NCBI GenBank assembly: GCA_965203905.1
Contig: CBDBDQ010000005.1
Location: 5,920,001 to 5,984,000, forward strand
DNA length: 64,000 nt
DNA from: Spirochaetia bacterium
GTDB taxonomy: Bacteria > Spirochaetota > Spirochaetia > SZUA-6 > Bin103
Direction: 5' to 3'
Of this stretch, positions 17,638 to 26,869 are shown piece by piece. The notes beneath the pieces were generated by a model. That model was not told the origin of the DNA. It was given only the letters and a program-made list of their open reading frames with translations, and ran no database searches. Every line of letters begins with the position of its first letter. The first letter of the stretch is position 1. The translations under genes and the position numbers were made by a program.

Positions 17638-18765
17638 GTGGCGGCCAACGACCCCGGCTCCGGCCTGCCGCGCTGGGCCGTTTCCGCCCTGCTGCCGCTG
17701 ATCAACCTGCTGGCGGCATTCGCGGTTTCCGGGATCGTGATCGTGGTGCTGGGCGAGAGCCCGGTGCAGGCCCTGGTGAGCCTGGTCCGTGGCGCCTTCG
17801 GCTTCCGCGAGGCGTGGGGCTACACCCTGTACTACGCCACCAACTTCATCTTCACCGCGTTGGCGGTCTCGGTGGCTCTGCATTGCGGGCTGTTCAACAT
17901 CGGCGGCGAGGGCCAGGGCTACATCGGCGGTCTCGGCGTCGGCCTGGTATGCCTGTTTCTCGACGGTCTGCCGTTCCTGCTGCTGGTGCCGCTGGCCGTG
18001 CTCGGCGGGGCCGCCTTCGGGGCGTTGTGGGCGTGGGTACCCGGCTACCTGCAGGCACGGCGCGGCTCGCACGTGGTGATCACCACCATCATGTTCAACT
18101 TCATCGCCGCTACCGTGATGGTCTACCTGCTGGTCAACGTGCTGATCGAACCGGGCCAGATGTCGCCGCAGAGCCGCGCCTTCGCCGAGCACGCCACCCT
18201 GCCGGCGATGCACGAACTGCTGGGCCGGATCGGGATCGACTTCCCGCGCACGCCGCTGAACCTGGCGTTCCCGTTCGCGTTGGTGTGCGGGGCCCTGGTG
18301 TGGATCTACATCTGGCACACGCGCTGGGGCTACGAGCTGCGCACGGTCGGCGCCAACCCCGAGGCCGCGGTCTACGCCGGCATCTCTCCGGCGCGCAACA
18401 TCGTCCGGGCGATGGCGATCTCGGGGGCGCTGGCGGCGATGATGGGGCTGAACGAGGTGATGGGGGTGAACCACCGCCTGCTGCTCAACTTCACCGCCGG
18501 CTACGGCTTCGTCGGCATCGCGGTGTCGCTGATGGGGCGCAACCACCCGCTCGGGATCGTGCTGGCCAGCCTGCTGTTCGGGGCGTTGTACCAGGGCGGC
18601 GCCGAGTTGGCGTTCGAGATGCCCAAGGTGACGCGCGACCTGGTGGTGGTGATCCAGGGGCTGGTGATCCTGTTCGTGGGCGCCCTGGAGTACCTGTTCC
18701 TGCCGGCGCTGCGGCCCTGGTTCCGGGCGCGGCGGCAAGCCCCGGCCGCCGCGGGAGAGGCGTAG
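17638..18765 (+). CDS. Nucleoside ABC transporter permease
   Basis: GLFNIGGEGQ, VITTIMFNF, GYELRTVGANPEAAVYAGI, GIAVSLMGRNHP. Confidence 0.93.
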   Translation: MAANDPGSGLPRWAVSALLPLINLLAAFAVSGIVIVVLGESPVQALVSLVRGAFGFREAWGYTLYYATNFIFTALAVSVALHCGLFNIGGEGQGYIGGLGVGLVCLFLDGLPFLLLVPLAVLGGAAFGALWAWVPGYLQARRGSHVVITTIMFNFIAATVMVYLLVNVLIEPGQMSPQSRAFAEHATLPAMHELLGRIGIDFPRTPLNLAFPFALVCGALVWIYIWHTRWGYELRTVGANPEAAVYAGISPARNIVRAMAISGALAAMMGLNEVMGVNHRLLLNFTAGYGFVGIAVSLMGRNHPLGIVLASLLFGALYQGGAELAFEMPKVTRDLVVVIQGLVILFVGALEYLFLPALRPWFRARRQAPAAAGEA

Positions 18766-18772
18766 CATCACC

Positions 18773-19810
18773 GTGGAGGCCGTGGGATTCTTCATCCTGC
18801 TGCTCGACGCCACCCTGCGGGTGTCGGTGCCGCTGGTCCTGGCAGCAATTGCCGGGCTGTTCTCGGAGCGCTCGGGGATCGTCGACATCGGCCTGGAGGG
18901 CAAGATGCTGGGCGCCGCCTTCGCGGCCGCGGCCGCCTCCTACGTCTGCTCCGAGCGACTGGCGGCTGCCGGGCTGACCGGACTGCTGCCGGCGGCGGCC
19001 TGGGTCGGGCTGCTGGCCGGCGTCGCCGCGTCGATGCTGCTGGCGCTGCTGCACGGCGTCGCCTGCATCCGCTACCACGGCAACCAGATCGTGTCCGGGG
19101 TGGCGATCAACATCCTGATCTCGGGGCTCACCGTGCTGCTCGGAATCGCCTGGTTCAGCCAGGGCGGGCGAACGCCGCAACTGCCGCCGGAGGGACGCTT
19201 CCGCCCGGTGGTGTGGCCCGGTGCCGAGGCAGTGCAGGAGGTGCCGCTGGTCGGCCACCTGTACAGCGAGTTGCTGTCGGGCCACAATGTGCTGGTGTAC
19301 CTCGCCTTTCTGGCGGTGCCGCTGGCGTTCTGGGTGGTCTACCGTACTCGCTTCGGCCTGCGCTTGCGCGCCGTGGGCGAGAATCCGGAAGCGGTGGATA
19401 CCGCCGGCATCTCGGTAGCCGGCATGCGTTACCGCGCGGTGCTGCTGTGCGGAGCGCTGTGTGGAGTTGCCGGAGCCTACCTGTCCACGGCGCAGTCGGC
19501 GGCATTCATCAAGGACATGACCGCGGGCAAGGGCTTCATCGCCCTGGCCGCCCTGGTCTTCGGAAAGTGGCGCCCTGTGCCGACGTTGCTCGGCTGCCTG
19601 CTGTTCGGGTTCCTGGAGGCGGTCGCCGCCCGCCTCCAGGGCGCGTTCGACCTGGACGCCAGCTCGGCGCTGGTACGCGAGCTGGTCGACGCGGCGCCGT
19701 TCATCATCGAGGCGCTCCCCTACGCGCTGGTGGTGCTGCTGCTGGCGGGGTTCGTCGGCCGCGCCATCGCGCCGCGGGCCAGCGGCATCCCCTACGTGAA
19801 GTCGGGCTGA
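18773..19810 (+). CDS. Nucleoside ABC transporter permease
   Basis: SERSGIVDIGLEG, GLRLRAVGENP, AGKGFIALAA, LPY...GIPY. Confidence 0.93.
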   Translation: MEAVGFFILLLDATLRVSVPLVLAAIAGLFSERSGIVDIGLEGKMLGAAFAAAAASYVCSERLAAAGLTGLLPAAAWVGLLAGVAASMLLALLHGVACIRYHGNQIVSGVAINILISGLTVLLGIAWFSQGGRTPQLPPEGRFRPVVWPGAEAVQEVPLVGHLYSELLSGHNVLVYLAFLAVPLAFWVVYRTRFGLRLRAVGENPEAVDTAGISVAGMRYRAVLLCGALCGVAGAYLSTAQSAAFIKDMTAGKGFIALAALVFGKWRPVPTLLGCLLFGFLEAVAARLQGAFDLDASSALVRELVDAAPFIIEALPYALVVLLLAGFVGRAIAPRASGIPYVKSG

Positions 19811-19813
19811 CGG

Positions 19814-21037
19814 ATGCAGAGCATTGCACCGACCGGGCAGGCAGCCATCGTGGAGGCGGCGCTGGGCCGCGGCTCGCTGCGGCGTCCCTCGGCCGCGGCG
19901 CCGTCCTTCGTCGACCTGATCTGCGCCGTGCACCGGGGCGCCGGCGTCGCCGTGCCGCCGAGCACGTTTTGCGAAACCGTGTCGAGTCAGCTGTTCGCAC
20001 GCCACCACCTGGCGCTGGTGCTGGTCGACGGCATGGGCATGAGCGCCCTCGCCGATCCCGGCGCGGCCGATCTGCGGGCCCGCGTGCGGCTGGAGCTGGA
20101 CGCGGTGTTCCCGGCGACTACCGCCTGCGCCATGACCACGGTCGCAACCGGCCGCTGGCCGGCGCAGCATGGCGTTCCGGGCTGGTGGGCATATCTTGCC
20201 GAGCACGACTTGTCGGCCACCGTGCTGCCGTTCCTCGAACGCCACTCCGGGCGCCGGCTGCGCCGGTACGGGGTCAGGGCTGCGGAGATCTGGCCGCTGC
20301 CCTCGCGCTTCGCGGAAGTCACCGGCAACATGGAGGTGCACGTTCCGCTGGTGTACCTGTTGAGCACCTTCAACCGTTATTTGAGCGGCCGCTGTCGCAC
20401 GCACGGCCATCTGTCGCTGCGCCAGGCACAGCGCCGCATCGTGCGCCGCCTGCAAGCCGTTTCCCGCCGCCGGGCGCCCCGCACCATCACCTACTGGTAT
20501 ATCCCCGATTACGACAGCGCTTGCCACACCCACGGTGTCGCCAGCCGGCAGGCGCGCGGGACGCTGCAGCAGATACAGGAGCTGTTGCTGGAGCTGGCGG
20601 CAGCGGCGCCGGACGACAGCCTGGTTGCGGTGACCGCCGATCACGGTCTTATCGACCTGAGCGAAGGGGAGCGCGCGCCGCTGTTCCACGGCGACCCGCT
20701 GCTCGACTGCCTGCGCTGCCCTCCGAGCGGCGAGGCTCGCACGCCTCACTTCCACGTACGTCCCGGCAAGGAGGCGGAACTGGTGCGTCGCGTCGGCGAA
20801 CTGGGCGGCGACCGCCTGGCCCTGCTCAGCAAGGGAGAGGCCGAGGAGCTGCGCCTGTTCGGCCCGGAACCGCTCAGCGCTCTCGCCCACCGCCGCTTCG
20901 GCGACTACGTCGGGATCGCGCTCGCTCCCTTCACCCTCGGCTACTACGAGTCTCCCGACGCCACCTCGCTGCACCACATCGGTGTCCACGGCGGCATGTG
21001 CCCGGCCGAGATCCGCATCCCTCTCGCCATACTCTGA
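19814..21037 (+). CDS. Alkaline-phosphatase-superfamily nucleotide pyrophosphatase/phosphodiesterase
   Basis: LVLVDGMG, FPATTA (Thr nucleophile), DSACH, TADHG, GVHGG. Confidence 0.88.
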   Translation: MQSIAPTGQAAIVEAALGRGSLRRPSAAAPSFVDLICAVHRGAGVAVPPSTFCETVSSQLFARHHLALVLVDGMGMSALADPGAADLRARVRLELDAVFPATTACAMTTVATGRWPAQHGVPGWWAYLAEHDLSATVLPFLERHSGRRLRRYGVRAAEIWPLPSRFAEVTGNMEVHVPLVYLLSTFNRYLSGRCRTHGHLSLRQAQRRIVRRLQAVSRRRAPRTITYWYIPDYDSACHTHGVASRQARGTLQQIQELLLELAAAAPDDSLVAVTADHGLIDLSEGERAPLFHGDPLLDCLRCPPSGEARTPHFHVRPGKEAELVRRVGELGGDRLALLSKGEAEELRLFGPEPLSALAHRRFGDYVGIALAPFTLGYYESPDATSLHHIGVHGGMCPAEIRIPLAIL

Positions 21038-21329
21038 GCTGTTTCCCCTCCGGCGCACATCGCGCCGGCCGGCTGATCTTCGCGGTAGGCGCCAGAAGCG
21101 CGGGGGCATGACGTTGATTCCTGAAAGTCTCCAGGTCGAAGGGTCCGGGATCGCGCCGGATCTTGTCGTGTAACGGTGCCAGGCTCGCGAAGTCGATACG
21201 CTGGGGCCGGATCAGGAACCCGTCAGGCCCTTCGTGCAACTCGAGCCGGTCACCCGGACCGACACCGAGAGCGTCCAACACCGCCGCGGGAAACGTGACT
21301 TGGCGCCTGGCCGTGATCTTGACTACCAT
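20931..21329 (-). CDS. AbrB/MazE/SpoVT antitoxin, orphan, with probable read-through C-terminus
   Basis: MVVKITARRQVTFPAAVLDALGVGPGDRLELHEGPDGFLIRP. The frame continues into an antisense overlap with the phosphodiesterase; no toxin follows. Confidence 0.8.
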   Translation of the reverse strand: MVVKITARRQVTFPAAVLDALGVGPGDRLELHEGPDGFLIRPQRIDFASLAPLHDKIRRDPGPFDLETFRNQRHAPALLAPTAKISRPARCAPEGKQLRVWREGCGSRPGTCRRGHRCGAARWRRETRSSRG

Positions 21330-21340
21330 GCCCGTCACCT

Positions 21341-21369
21341 GCCTTACCATAACGCTAATCCGGTAAGGC
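21341..21369. promoter_or_regulatory. Inverted repeat, putative antitoxin operator
   Basis: GCCTTACC-N13-GGTAAGGC, just upstream of the AbrB start. Confidence 0.6.
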
Positions 21370-21455
21370 CCAGTCGTCAAGAGGTGCACGCTTGCCCGGC
21401 CTGCTGGTAACCGGTAGCCGCGGCCAGCGTACGCCAACGCGAGGAGGACAGGACA

Positions 21456-22691
21456 ATGCGGGTTCCGAGGGCCATCCCGGTCCGGCTGGCGGCGGCGACG
21501 CTGCTGATGGCGTGCGTGGCGGGCGTCTACGGCGAGGAGCGGGCCGGCCCACCGCTGAAGCTCGGCCTGCTGTTCAACTTCAGCGAGGGGGCCACGGCGC
21601 GCGCCCTGGATCGCAAGCGGGCGTTCGACCTGGCGGTGAAGCACCTCAACGCCGCCGGCGGCGTGCTCGGACAGCCGGTAGAGGTGGCGGTGGGAGACTC
21701 CACCCGGGACCCGGCGGCGGCAGTGGCGGAAGCGCGGCGGCTGGTCGAGGAAACCGGCATCCATGCCCTGGTTGGCCCCAACTCCAGCGCCAACACGCTC
21801 CCGGTTGCCGAGCGGGTGACCGGGCCGGCAGGCATCCCCACCATCACTCCATCCGCCTCCTCGCCGCTGCTAACCGACGCCGCCGACCGCGACTTCCTGT
21901 TTCGCACCGTGCTCTCCGACCGCGCGCAGGGACCGGTCCTGGCGCGCGTCACCCGCGAGCGCGGCGTCGACAACGTGGGGGTGATCTACCGCGACGACGC
22001 CTGGGGCGCCGGACTGGCGGCCGCCTTCGCCGACGCCTGGGACGGCGCGATCTCGGCCGTTGGGTTCGGCCCGGCGCAGACCACCTTTCTTGCCGAGTTG
22101 CGGCGGACGGCCGCCGCGGGCGCGGAGGGGCTGGTGGTGATCGCCTTCGAAACGGAGGCCGTGATCATCGTCCGCGAGGCGATCGAGCACCACCTGTACC
22201 GCCAGTTCACGTTCGGTGACGCGGCCAGGAGCCCGGACGTGGTACGCGAAATCGGCGGTCAGCACCTTGGCGGCATGTACGGCACCGCCGGAGCCACGGC
22301 CCCGGACAACCCGGTCGCGGCCGCCTGGGACGCGGCCTTCGTGGCCGAGTACGGTCAGTTGCCGGCGTTCGCCTACGTCAGGGAGACCTACGACGCGACG
22401 ATCGCGCTGGCCCTGGCGGCACAGGCTGCCGGCAGCACGCGTGGTGCGCTGATCCGCGACCAATTGCGCGCCGTGGGCAGCGCGCCCGGCACGGTGGTAA
22501 GCGCGGGGGCCGAAGGCGTCGCCGCGGCGCTGCGCATTCTGGCGGCTGGCGGAGCCGTCGACTACGAAGGCGCCGCGGTGACGCTGGACTGGGATCGGAA
22601 CGGCGATCTGACGCGCGGCCACATCGGCGTCTGGCGCTTCACGGCCGACGAGCGGATCGAAACCCTGGAGGCGGTGCCGTGGCAGCGTTGA
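21456..22691 (+). CDS. ABC substrate-binding protein, branched-chain amino acid (Leu/Ile/Val-BP) family, orphan
   Basis: Signal peptide; LAVKHLNAAGGVLG, GPNSS, TPSASSPLL, FLFRT, TYDA, DYEGA; GGAGGA RBS. Confidence 0.9.
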   Translation: MRVPRAIPVRLAAATLLMACVAGVYGEERAGPPLKLGLLFNFSEGATARALDRKRAFDLAVKHLNAAGGVLGQPVEVAVGDSTRDPAAAVAEARRLVEETGIHALVGPNSSANTLPVAERVTGPAGIPTITPSASSPLLTDAADRDFLFRTVLSDRAQGPVLARVTRERGVDNVGVIYRDDAWGAGLAAAFADAWDGAISAVGFGPAQTTFLAELRRTAAAGAEGLVVIAFETEAVIIVREAIEHHLYRQFTFGDAARSPDVVREIGGQHLGGMYGTAGATAPDNPVAAAWDAAFVAEYGQLPAFAYVRETYDATIALALAAQAAGSTRGALIRDQLRAVGSAPGTVVSAGAEGVAAALRILAAGGAVDYEGAAVTLDWDRNGDLTRGHIGVWRFTADERIETLEAVPWQR

Positions 22692-22700
22692 CCGGACGCA

Positions 22701-23867
22701 TCACCAGAGCCGGTCGGTATGCAGGGCTTCCAGGAGGTCGGGCAGCGGCCACACGTCGATGCCGTCCGGGCTCCGCATGCGGCGCGTACCCGTATAGGTC
22801 AGAATCCGGCGCCGAAGGCCGGGCAGCGGGGCGACGGCACGGAGTCCGGCCAGATGACGATCATGGATCCGCGAGGAGGCCTTGGATTCGATGGCGATGG
22901 CGTCGCCGTCGCGCAACAACAGGAAGTCGACCTCCGTGTCCCGCGCGCGCGCCGGCGCCCAGTAGAACATCTCGTCGAACGCTCCGTGGTAGTCGCGATA
23001 GCTTGCGAGCACCGTGGCGATCCAGCCCTCGAACAGGGAGCCTCGTTCGCGCGGGTCGAGTTCTCGAAGGCGCCCGCCCGCGGCGCGCGCCAAGCCAGGA
23101 TCGATCCAGTACAGCTTGGGGTGCTTCCGTTCCCGGACCCGCAACTTCGGGTCATACGCCGGCAGCCGGAACGCCACCAGCGTGTCCTCCAGGATCTCAA
23201 CGTAACCCGCCAACGTCGTGCGGCTGACTTCGGCGTCGCGGGCGGCGGAAGCCAGGTTGAGCGTCTGGCCGTGAAACAGCGCGGCGACCGGCAGGAAGCG
23301 TGCGAACCCGGACAGGTTCCGAACCAGCGCTTCGCCCTTGATCTCTTCCTTCAGGTAGAGCTGCATGTACGACCGCAACGCCGCAACCCGGTCGTCGGCG
23401 TTCCAGATCACCGGCAGGCTGCCGTGCCGGAGCACCGTCTCCAGGTCGAAGTCGGTCCCCAGCTCGTGTGGCAGAAAGGGATACATGCGGGTGTAGATCG
23501 CGCGCCCGCCCAGGAGGTTCACACCGGCCCGCTTCAACTTGCGCGCCGACGATCCGGTGAGGATGAAACGGAGCCCGCCGCCTTCGATGTGACGGTGGAC
23601 CTCGTTGAGCAGACCGGGCAGCCGCTGTATCTCATCCACGAACACCCAGCCGCCGGGGGCAACCGTCCGCAACTCGGCAGCGAATCGTCCTGCGTCTGCC
23701 AGATAGCTCTGATACAGAGCCTCGTCGAGTAGATCGACGCGATACGCTTCCGGGTATTCATGGCGGACCCAGGTGGTCTTGCCGGTTCCGCGCGGGCCGA
23801 ACAGAAAGAAGGACGAACGCGGTGTCGCCAGCGTACGTGATCGAAACACGCTCATGCCAACCCGCAA
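22701..23867 (-). CDS. AAA_14 ATPase with DUF4143 domain (start may be ATG 23855)
   Basis: GPRGTGKTT, VDEIQR, LTGSSARKL, NLLGGRA, KLYWIDPG, FEGW, EVDFLL..AIESK. Confidence 0.92.
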   Translation of the reverse strand: MRVGMSVFRSRTLATPRSSFFLFGPRGTGKTTWVRHEYPEAYRVDLLDEALYQSYLADAGRFAAELRTVAPGGWVFVDEIQRLPGLLNEVHRHIEGGGLRFILTGSSARKLKRAGVNLLGGRAIYTRMYPFLPHELGTDFDLETVLRHGSLPVIWNADDRVAALRSYMQLYLKEEIKGEALVRNLSGFARFLPVAALFHGQTLNLASAARDAEVSRTTLAGYVEILEDTLVAFRLPAYDPKLRVRERKHPKLYWIDPGLARAAGGRLRELDPRERGSLFEGWIATVLASYRDYHGAFDEMFYWAPARARDTEVDFLLLRDGDAIAIESKASSRIHDRHLAGLRAVAPLPGLRRRILTYTGTRRMRSPDGIDVWPLPDLLEALHTDRLW

Positions 23868-23899
23868 CCGGTACGGCGTGATCTGAAATGTGATAGGTG

Positions 23900-23938
23900 T
23901 GTCGTCATTTTGCGTCGCTTTATGACGACATTATAGCA
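23900..23938 (-). promoter_or_regulatory. Extended -10 promoter with overlapping palindromic operator
   Basis: Minus-strand TGCTATAAT (23938-23930) is followed by inverted repeat TGTCGTCAT-N13-ATGACGACA (23900-23930). Confidence 0.65.
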
Positions 23939-24027
23939 TTACCGGCGTGGATGATGCTGCTGCGCGGTGCGGCTCCGGGTTGGAACCTTGACGTGGGTCA
24001 TGCCACTGCCTAACGTGGAGCGGGCCG

Positions 24028-24795
24028 ATGAGCGATTCCAACTCACCTAGTTCGCACGACCGGTTCGGCAGTGACGGCTTCGTACACCTGCAGGGGTTCT
24101 TCTCGTCCGCTCAGGTGGCGGAGGTGCTGGCCAACGTGGAGCGCTACGTGCGCGACGTGATCCCGGCGGCGCCGGACACGGACGTGTTCTACGAGGACAG
24201 GGAGCGGCCGGAGACGCTCAAGCAGCTGATCCGCGTGCATCATCACGATGCGTACTTTCGGAGTCTTCTCGAAGAGGGCATCTTCCCGCAGACCGCGGCC
24301 GACCTGCTCGGCGAGGCGGTGCGTCCGGTCAATGAGCAGGTGTTCATCAAGCCGCCCGGCGGCGCCAGCCGCGCTACCCCGCCGCACCAGGACGGGTACT
24401 ACTTTCGTCTGGAGCCGTGCGCGGCGACGACGCTGTGGCTGGCCCTCGATGACGTGGATGCCGAAAACGGCTGCCTGCGCTACGTGCGCGGCTCGCATCG
24501 GCGCGGCGTGCGGCCGCATCGACGCACCGGCACCCTCGGCTTCTCGCAGGGCGTAAGCGACTTCGGCACGGCGGAAGACGCGGCCAACGAGGTCGCCTGC
24601 GTGGCCCGCGCCGGCGACCTGATCGCCCACCACGCCCTGACCATCCACCGTGCCGACGAGAACCGCGCCCCCGGCCGTCCGCGCCGTGCGTTGGGGCTGG
24701 TCTACTACGGCGCCAGCGCCGAAGAGCGGACCGAGGAAGCCGAGGCGTATCAGCGCCGGCTGGCCAGCGAAATGAGACAGGCCGGCCGTATCTGA
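24028..24795 (+). CDS. Phytanoyl-CoA dioxygenase (PhyH) family Fe/2OG dioxygenase
   Basis: FIKPPG, PPHQDG, WLALDD..ENGCL..VRGSH, HRADEN, RRA; promoter TTGACG-17-TAACGT at 23988-24016. Confidence 0.92.
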   Translation: MSDSNSPSSHDRFGSDGFVHLQGFFSSAQVAEVLANVERYVRDVIPAAPDTDVFYEDRERPETLKQLIRVHHHDAYFRSLLEEGIFPQTAADLLGEAVRPVNEQVFIKPPGGASRATPPHQDGYYFRLEPCAATTLWLALDDVDAENGCLRYVRGSHRRGVRPHRRTGTLGFSQGVSDFGTAEDAANEVACVARAGDLIAHHALTIHRADENRAPGRPRRALGLVYYGASAEERTEEAEAYQRRLASEMRQAGRI

Positions 24796-24842
24796 TGCCG
24801 GCGCCGCCGGCGACGCGTGACGTTTAGTCGCCCGCACCCAGG

Positions 24843-25679
24843 ATGAAGCTCGCTCTGGTTGCGGACATCCACGCCAACCTGCCGGCGCTGCAGGCTGTTC
24901 TCGCCGACCTCGATCGCTGGCGTCCCGACCTGGTGGTGGTGCTCGGCGACATCGTCAACCGCGGTCCGCATCCGCGCCAGTGTTTCGACCTGATCGGCGA
25001 GTGTGCCGCCTCGCCGGCGTGGCACCTGCTGGCGGGCAACCACGAGGACTACGTCCTGCACCTGCATCGCCACCCGCCACGCGCCGGACCCGAGGCTGTC
25101 GTCCACCAGCACACGGTGTGGACGATCGTACAGCTCTGCGCGGCGCTCGAAGATCTCGCAGCGCTTCCGCCCCGGATCCGGCTCGACCTGCCCGCCCCGG
25201 CCGGCCGCGCCAGCTTCACCCATGCTTCGCTGCTCGGCAACCGCAACGGAATCTTCGCCGATACCGGGTCCCTCGATCTGGCCGCCAAGGTGGATGCCTC
25301 GGCCGCACTGTTCGGAGTCGGCCACACCCACCGGCCGCTGGTACGCAACCACGGCTCCACGATCGTGGTGAACGCAGGTTCCGTGGGTCTGCCGTTCGAC
25401 GGCGACCGACGCGCCGGTTACGCCCGGGCCACGGCGCGGCGCTCCGGCTGGCAGGTCGTAATCAAGCGCCTCGCCTACGATTGGCGGGCCGCCTGGCGCG
25501 ACTGCGTGACGGAGGAATTCGTCACCGGCAGCGGGCCGGTCGCACGGCTGATCAGCCGCGAGCTGGAAGTTGCCCGCCCGCTGCTGACGGAGTGGACCAA
25601 CCGCTACCAGCACCTGGTGCTGGCCGGCCGGATCGGTATGGAGCAGTCGGTGCGCGAGTTCCTGGCCGCGGCAGAGTGA
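24843..25679 (+). CDS. Calcineurin-like metallophosphoesterase
   Basis: ADIHAN, LGDIVNRGP, GNHE, HAS, GHTH, NAGSVG. Confidence 0.92.
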   Translation: MKLALVADIHANLPALQAVLADLDRWRPDLVVVLGDIVNRGPHPRQCFDLIGECAASPAWHLLAGNHEDYVLHLHRHPPRAGPEAVVHQHTVWTIVQLCAALEDLAALPPRIRLDLPAPAGRASFTHASLLGNRNGIFADTGSLDLAAKVDASAALFGVGHTHRPLVRNHGSTIVVNAGSVGLPFDGDRRAGYARATARRSGWQVVIKRLAYDWRAAWRDCVTEEFVTGSGPVARLISRELEVARPLLTEWTNRYQHLVLAGRIGMEQSVREFLAAAE

Positions 25680-25692
25680 TAGTGTGAGCTTT

Positions 25693-26805
25693 CTACAGAT
25701 CCAGTGGGGCGTGGGTGATCTGCTCGGCGCCGGTCGCGGAAATGACGAAGTCGTTCTCGAGGCGCATTCCCGCTGCCAGGTCCGGGTGGTAGACACCCGG
25801 TTCCACGGTGATCACGTCCCCCGCGACGAGTTGCTGGTCCCACTCCGGGTTCAGAAAGGGCGCTTCGTGGATCGACAGGCCGATGCCGTGGCCCAGGTGG
25901 TGCGGAAACCCGCCCGGATATACGGCATGAATAGTCGCTTCCGTGTCGCGAAACAGCCGCAGACAACTCAATCCCGGGCGCAGGCGGTCGGCCGCCGCCC
26001 GTAAGGCACCCGTCACCAGCTCCCAGGCATCCTGCTGCGCGTCACTGGGGCGCCCCGACACCGCGAACGTGCGCGAAGCATCGGCGCCGTAGCCGCGGTA
26101 CTCGACGCCCAGGTCGAGAATCCACAGTTCACCCGCTTGCGCCTTGCGGTCCCGCGCCGGGCCTCCGGGCGAGGCGCACTGAAAGTCCTGGCCGAACCGT
26201 CCCACCTCCTCGCCTGCCGTCTCCACCGCGGTACGCAACAGCTCGCCGTACAGGGTGAGCTCGTTCAGCCCGGGCTCGATGCGTTCACGGGCGTAGCGGT
26301 AGCAGGCATCGACGCAGCCGGCGGCGACGCGCAGCAGCGCCACCTCGTCCGGATCCTTGCACCGGCGCTGGTCCAGGATCCCGGCGCTGAGGTCTGCCGG
26401 CTCTCCGCGCAACAGCCGCAGCAGCAGCGCCGGGCAGGTACTCAGATCGCAACCCACCCGCCCGTCGAGCGCCACCCGGCTCACGAGACCGGCCAGCAGC
26501 TCCTCCTGGTTGGGACGGATGGTGCTCTGGTGGGCGTTGCCGGTGAAGGTGCGCACGGCGCTGACCGCAAGGCCATCCGCCTCCGCGTCCGGGGCGGCTC
26601 CCAGGGTGCCGGTCATCAGTATTGAGTCGCGCCCGCTGACGACCAGTGCGGATCGGGTCGCCACCGGCGTCAGGTATCCCGAGTAGTAGTAGACGTGCTT
26701 GCGGTCGGTGATGAGAGCGCTCTCGACCCCCTGCGCTTCCATCAGCTCGCGCAACCGCTGCAGGCGGGTGCGGCACCCTTCGACGGTGAGCCCGTGGCTG
26801 TCCAT
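25693..26805 (-). CDS. Xaa-Pro peptidase (M24 family)
   Basis: DLGVEYRGYGADASRT, HHLGHGIG..HEAP, EPG, RLEND. Confidence 0.92.
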   Translation of the reverse strand: MDSHGLTVEGCRTRLQRLRELMEAQGVESALITDRKHVYYYSGYLTPVATRSALVVSGRDSILMTGTLGAAPDAEADGLAVSAVRTFTGNAHQSTIRPNQEELLAGLVSRVALDGRVGCDLSTCPALLLRLLRGEPADLSAGILDQRRCKDPDEVALLRVAAGCVDACYRYARERIEPGLNELTLYGELLRTAVETAGEEVGRFGQDFQCASPGGPARDRKAQAGELWILDLGVEYRGYGADASRTFAVSGRPSDAQQDAWELVTGALRAAADRLRPGLSCLRLFRDTEATIHAVYPGGFPHHLGHGIGLSIHEAPFLNPEWDQQLVAGDVITVEPGVYHPDLAAGMRLENDFVISATGAEQITHAPLDL

Positions 26806-26869
26806 GGCGCCGATGGTACGCCGTCGCGTGTGCGCAGTCTACGGCGGCCAGGAACGATGGGGCGGCGTA

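Noticed and set aside
12363-21111. Long antisense or alternate-frame ORFs (12363-14636, 16044-17705, 18491-21109, 19213-21111)
   Set aside because: They are shadow ORFs of well-supported genes and show no family motifs.
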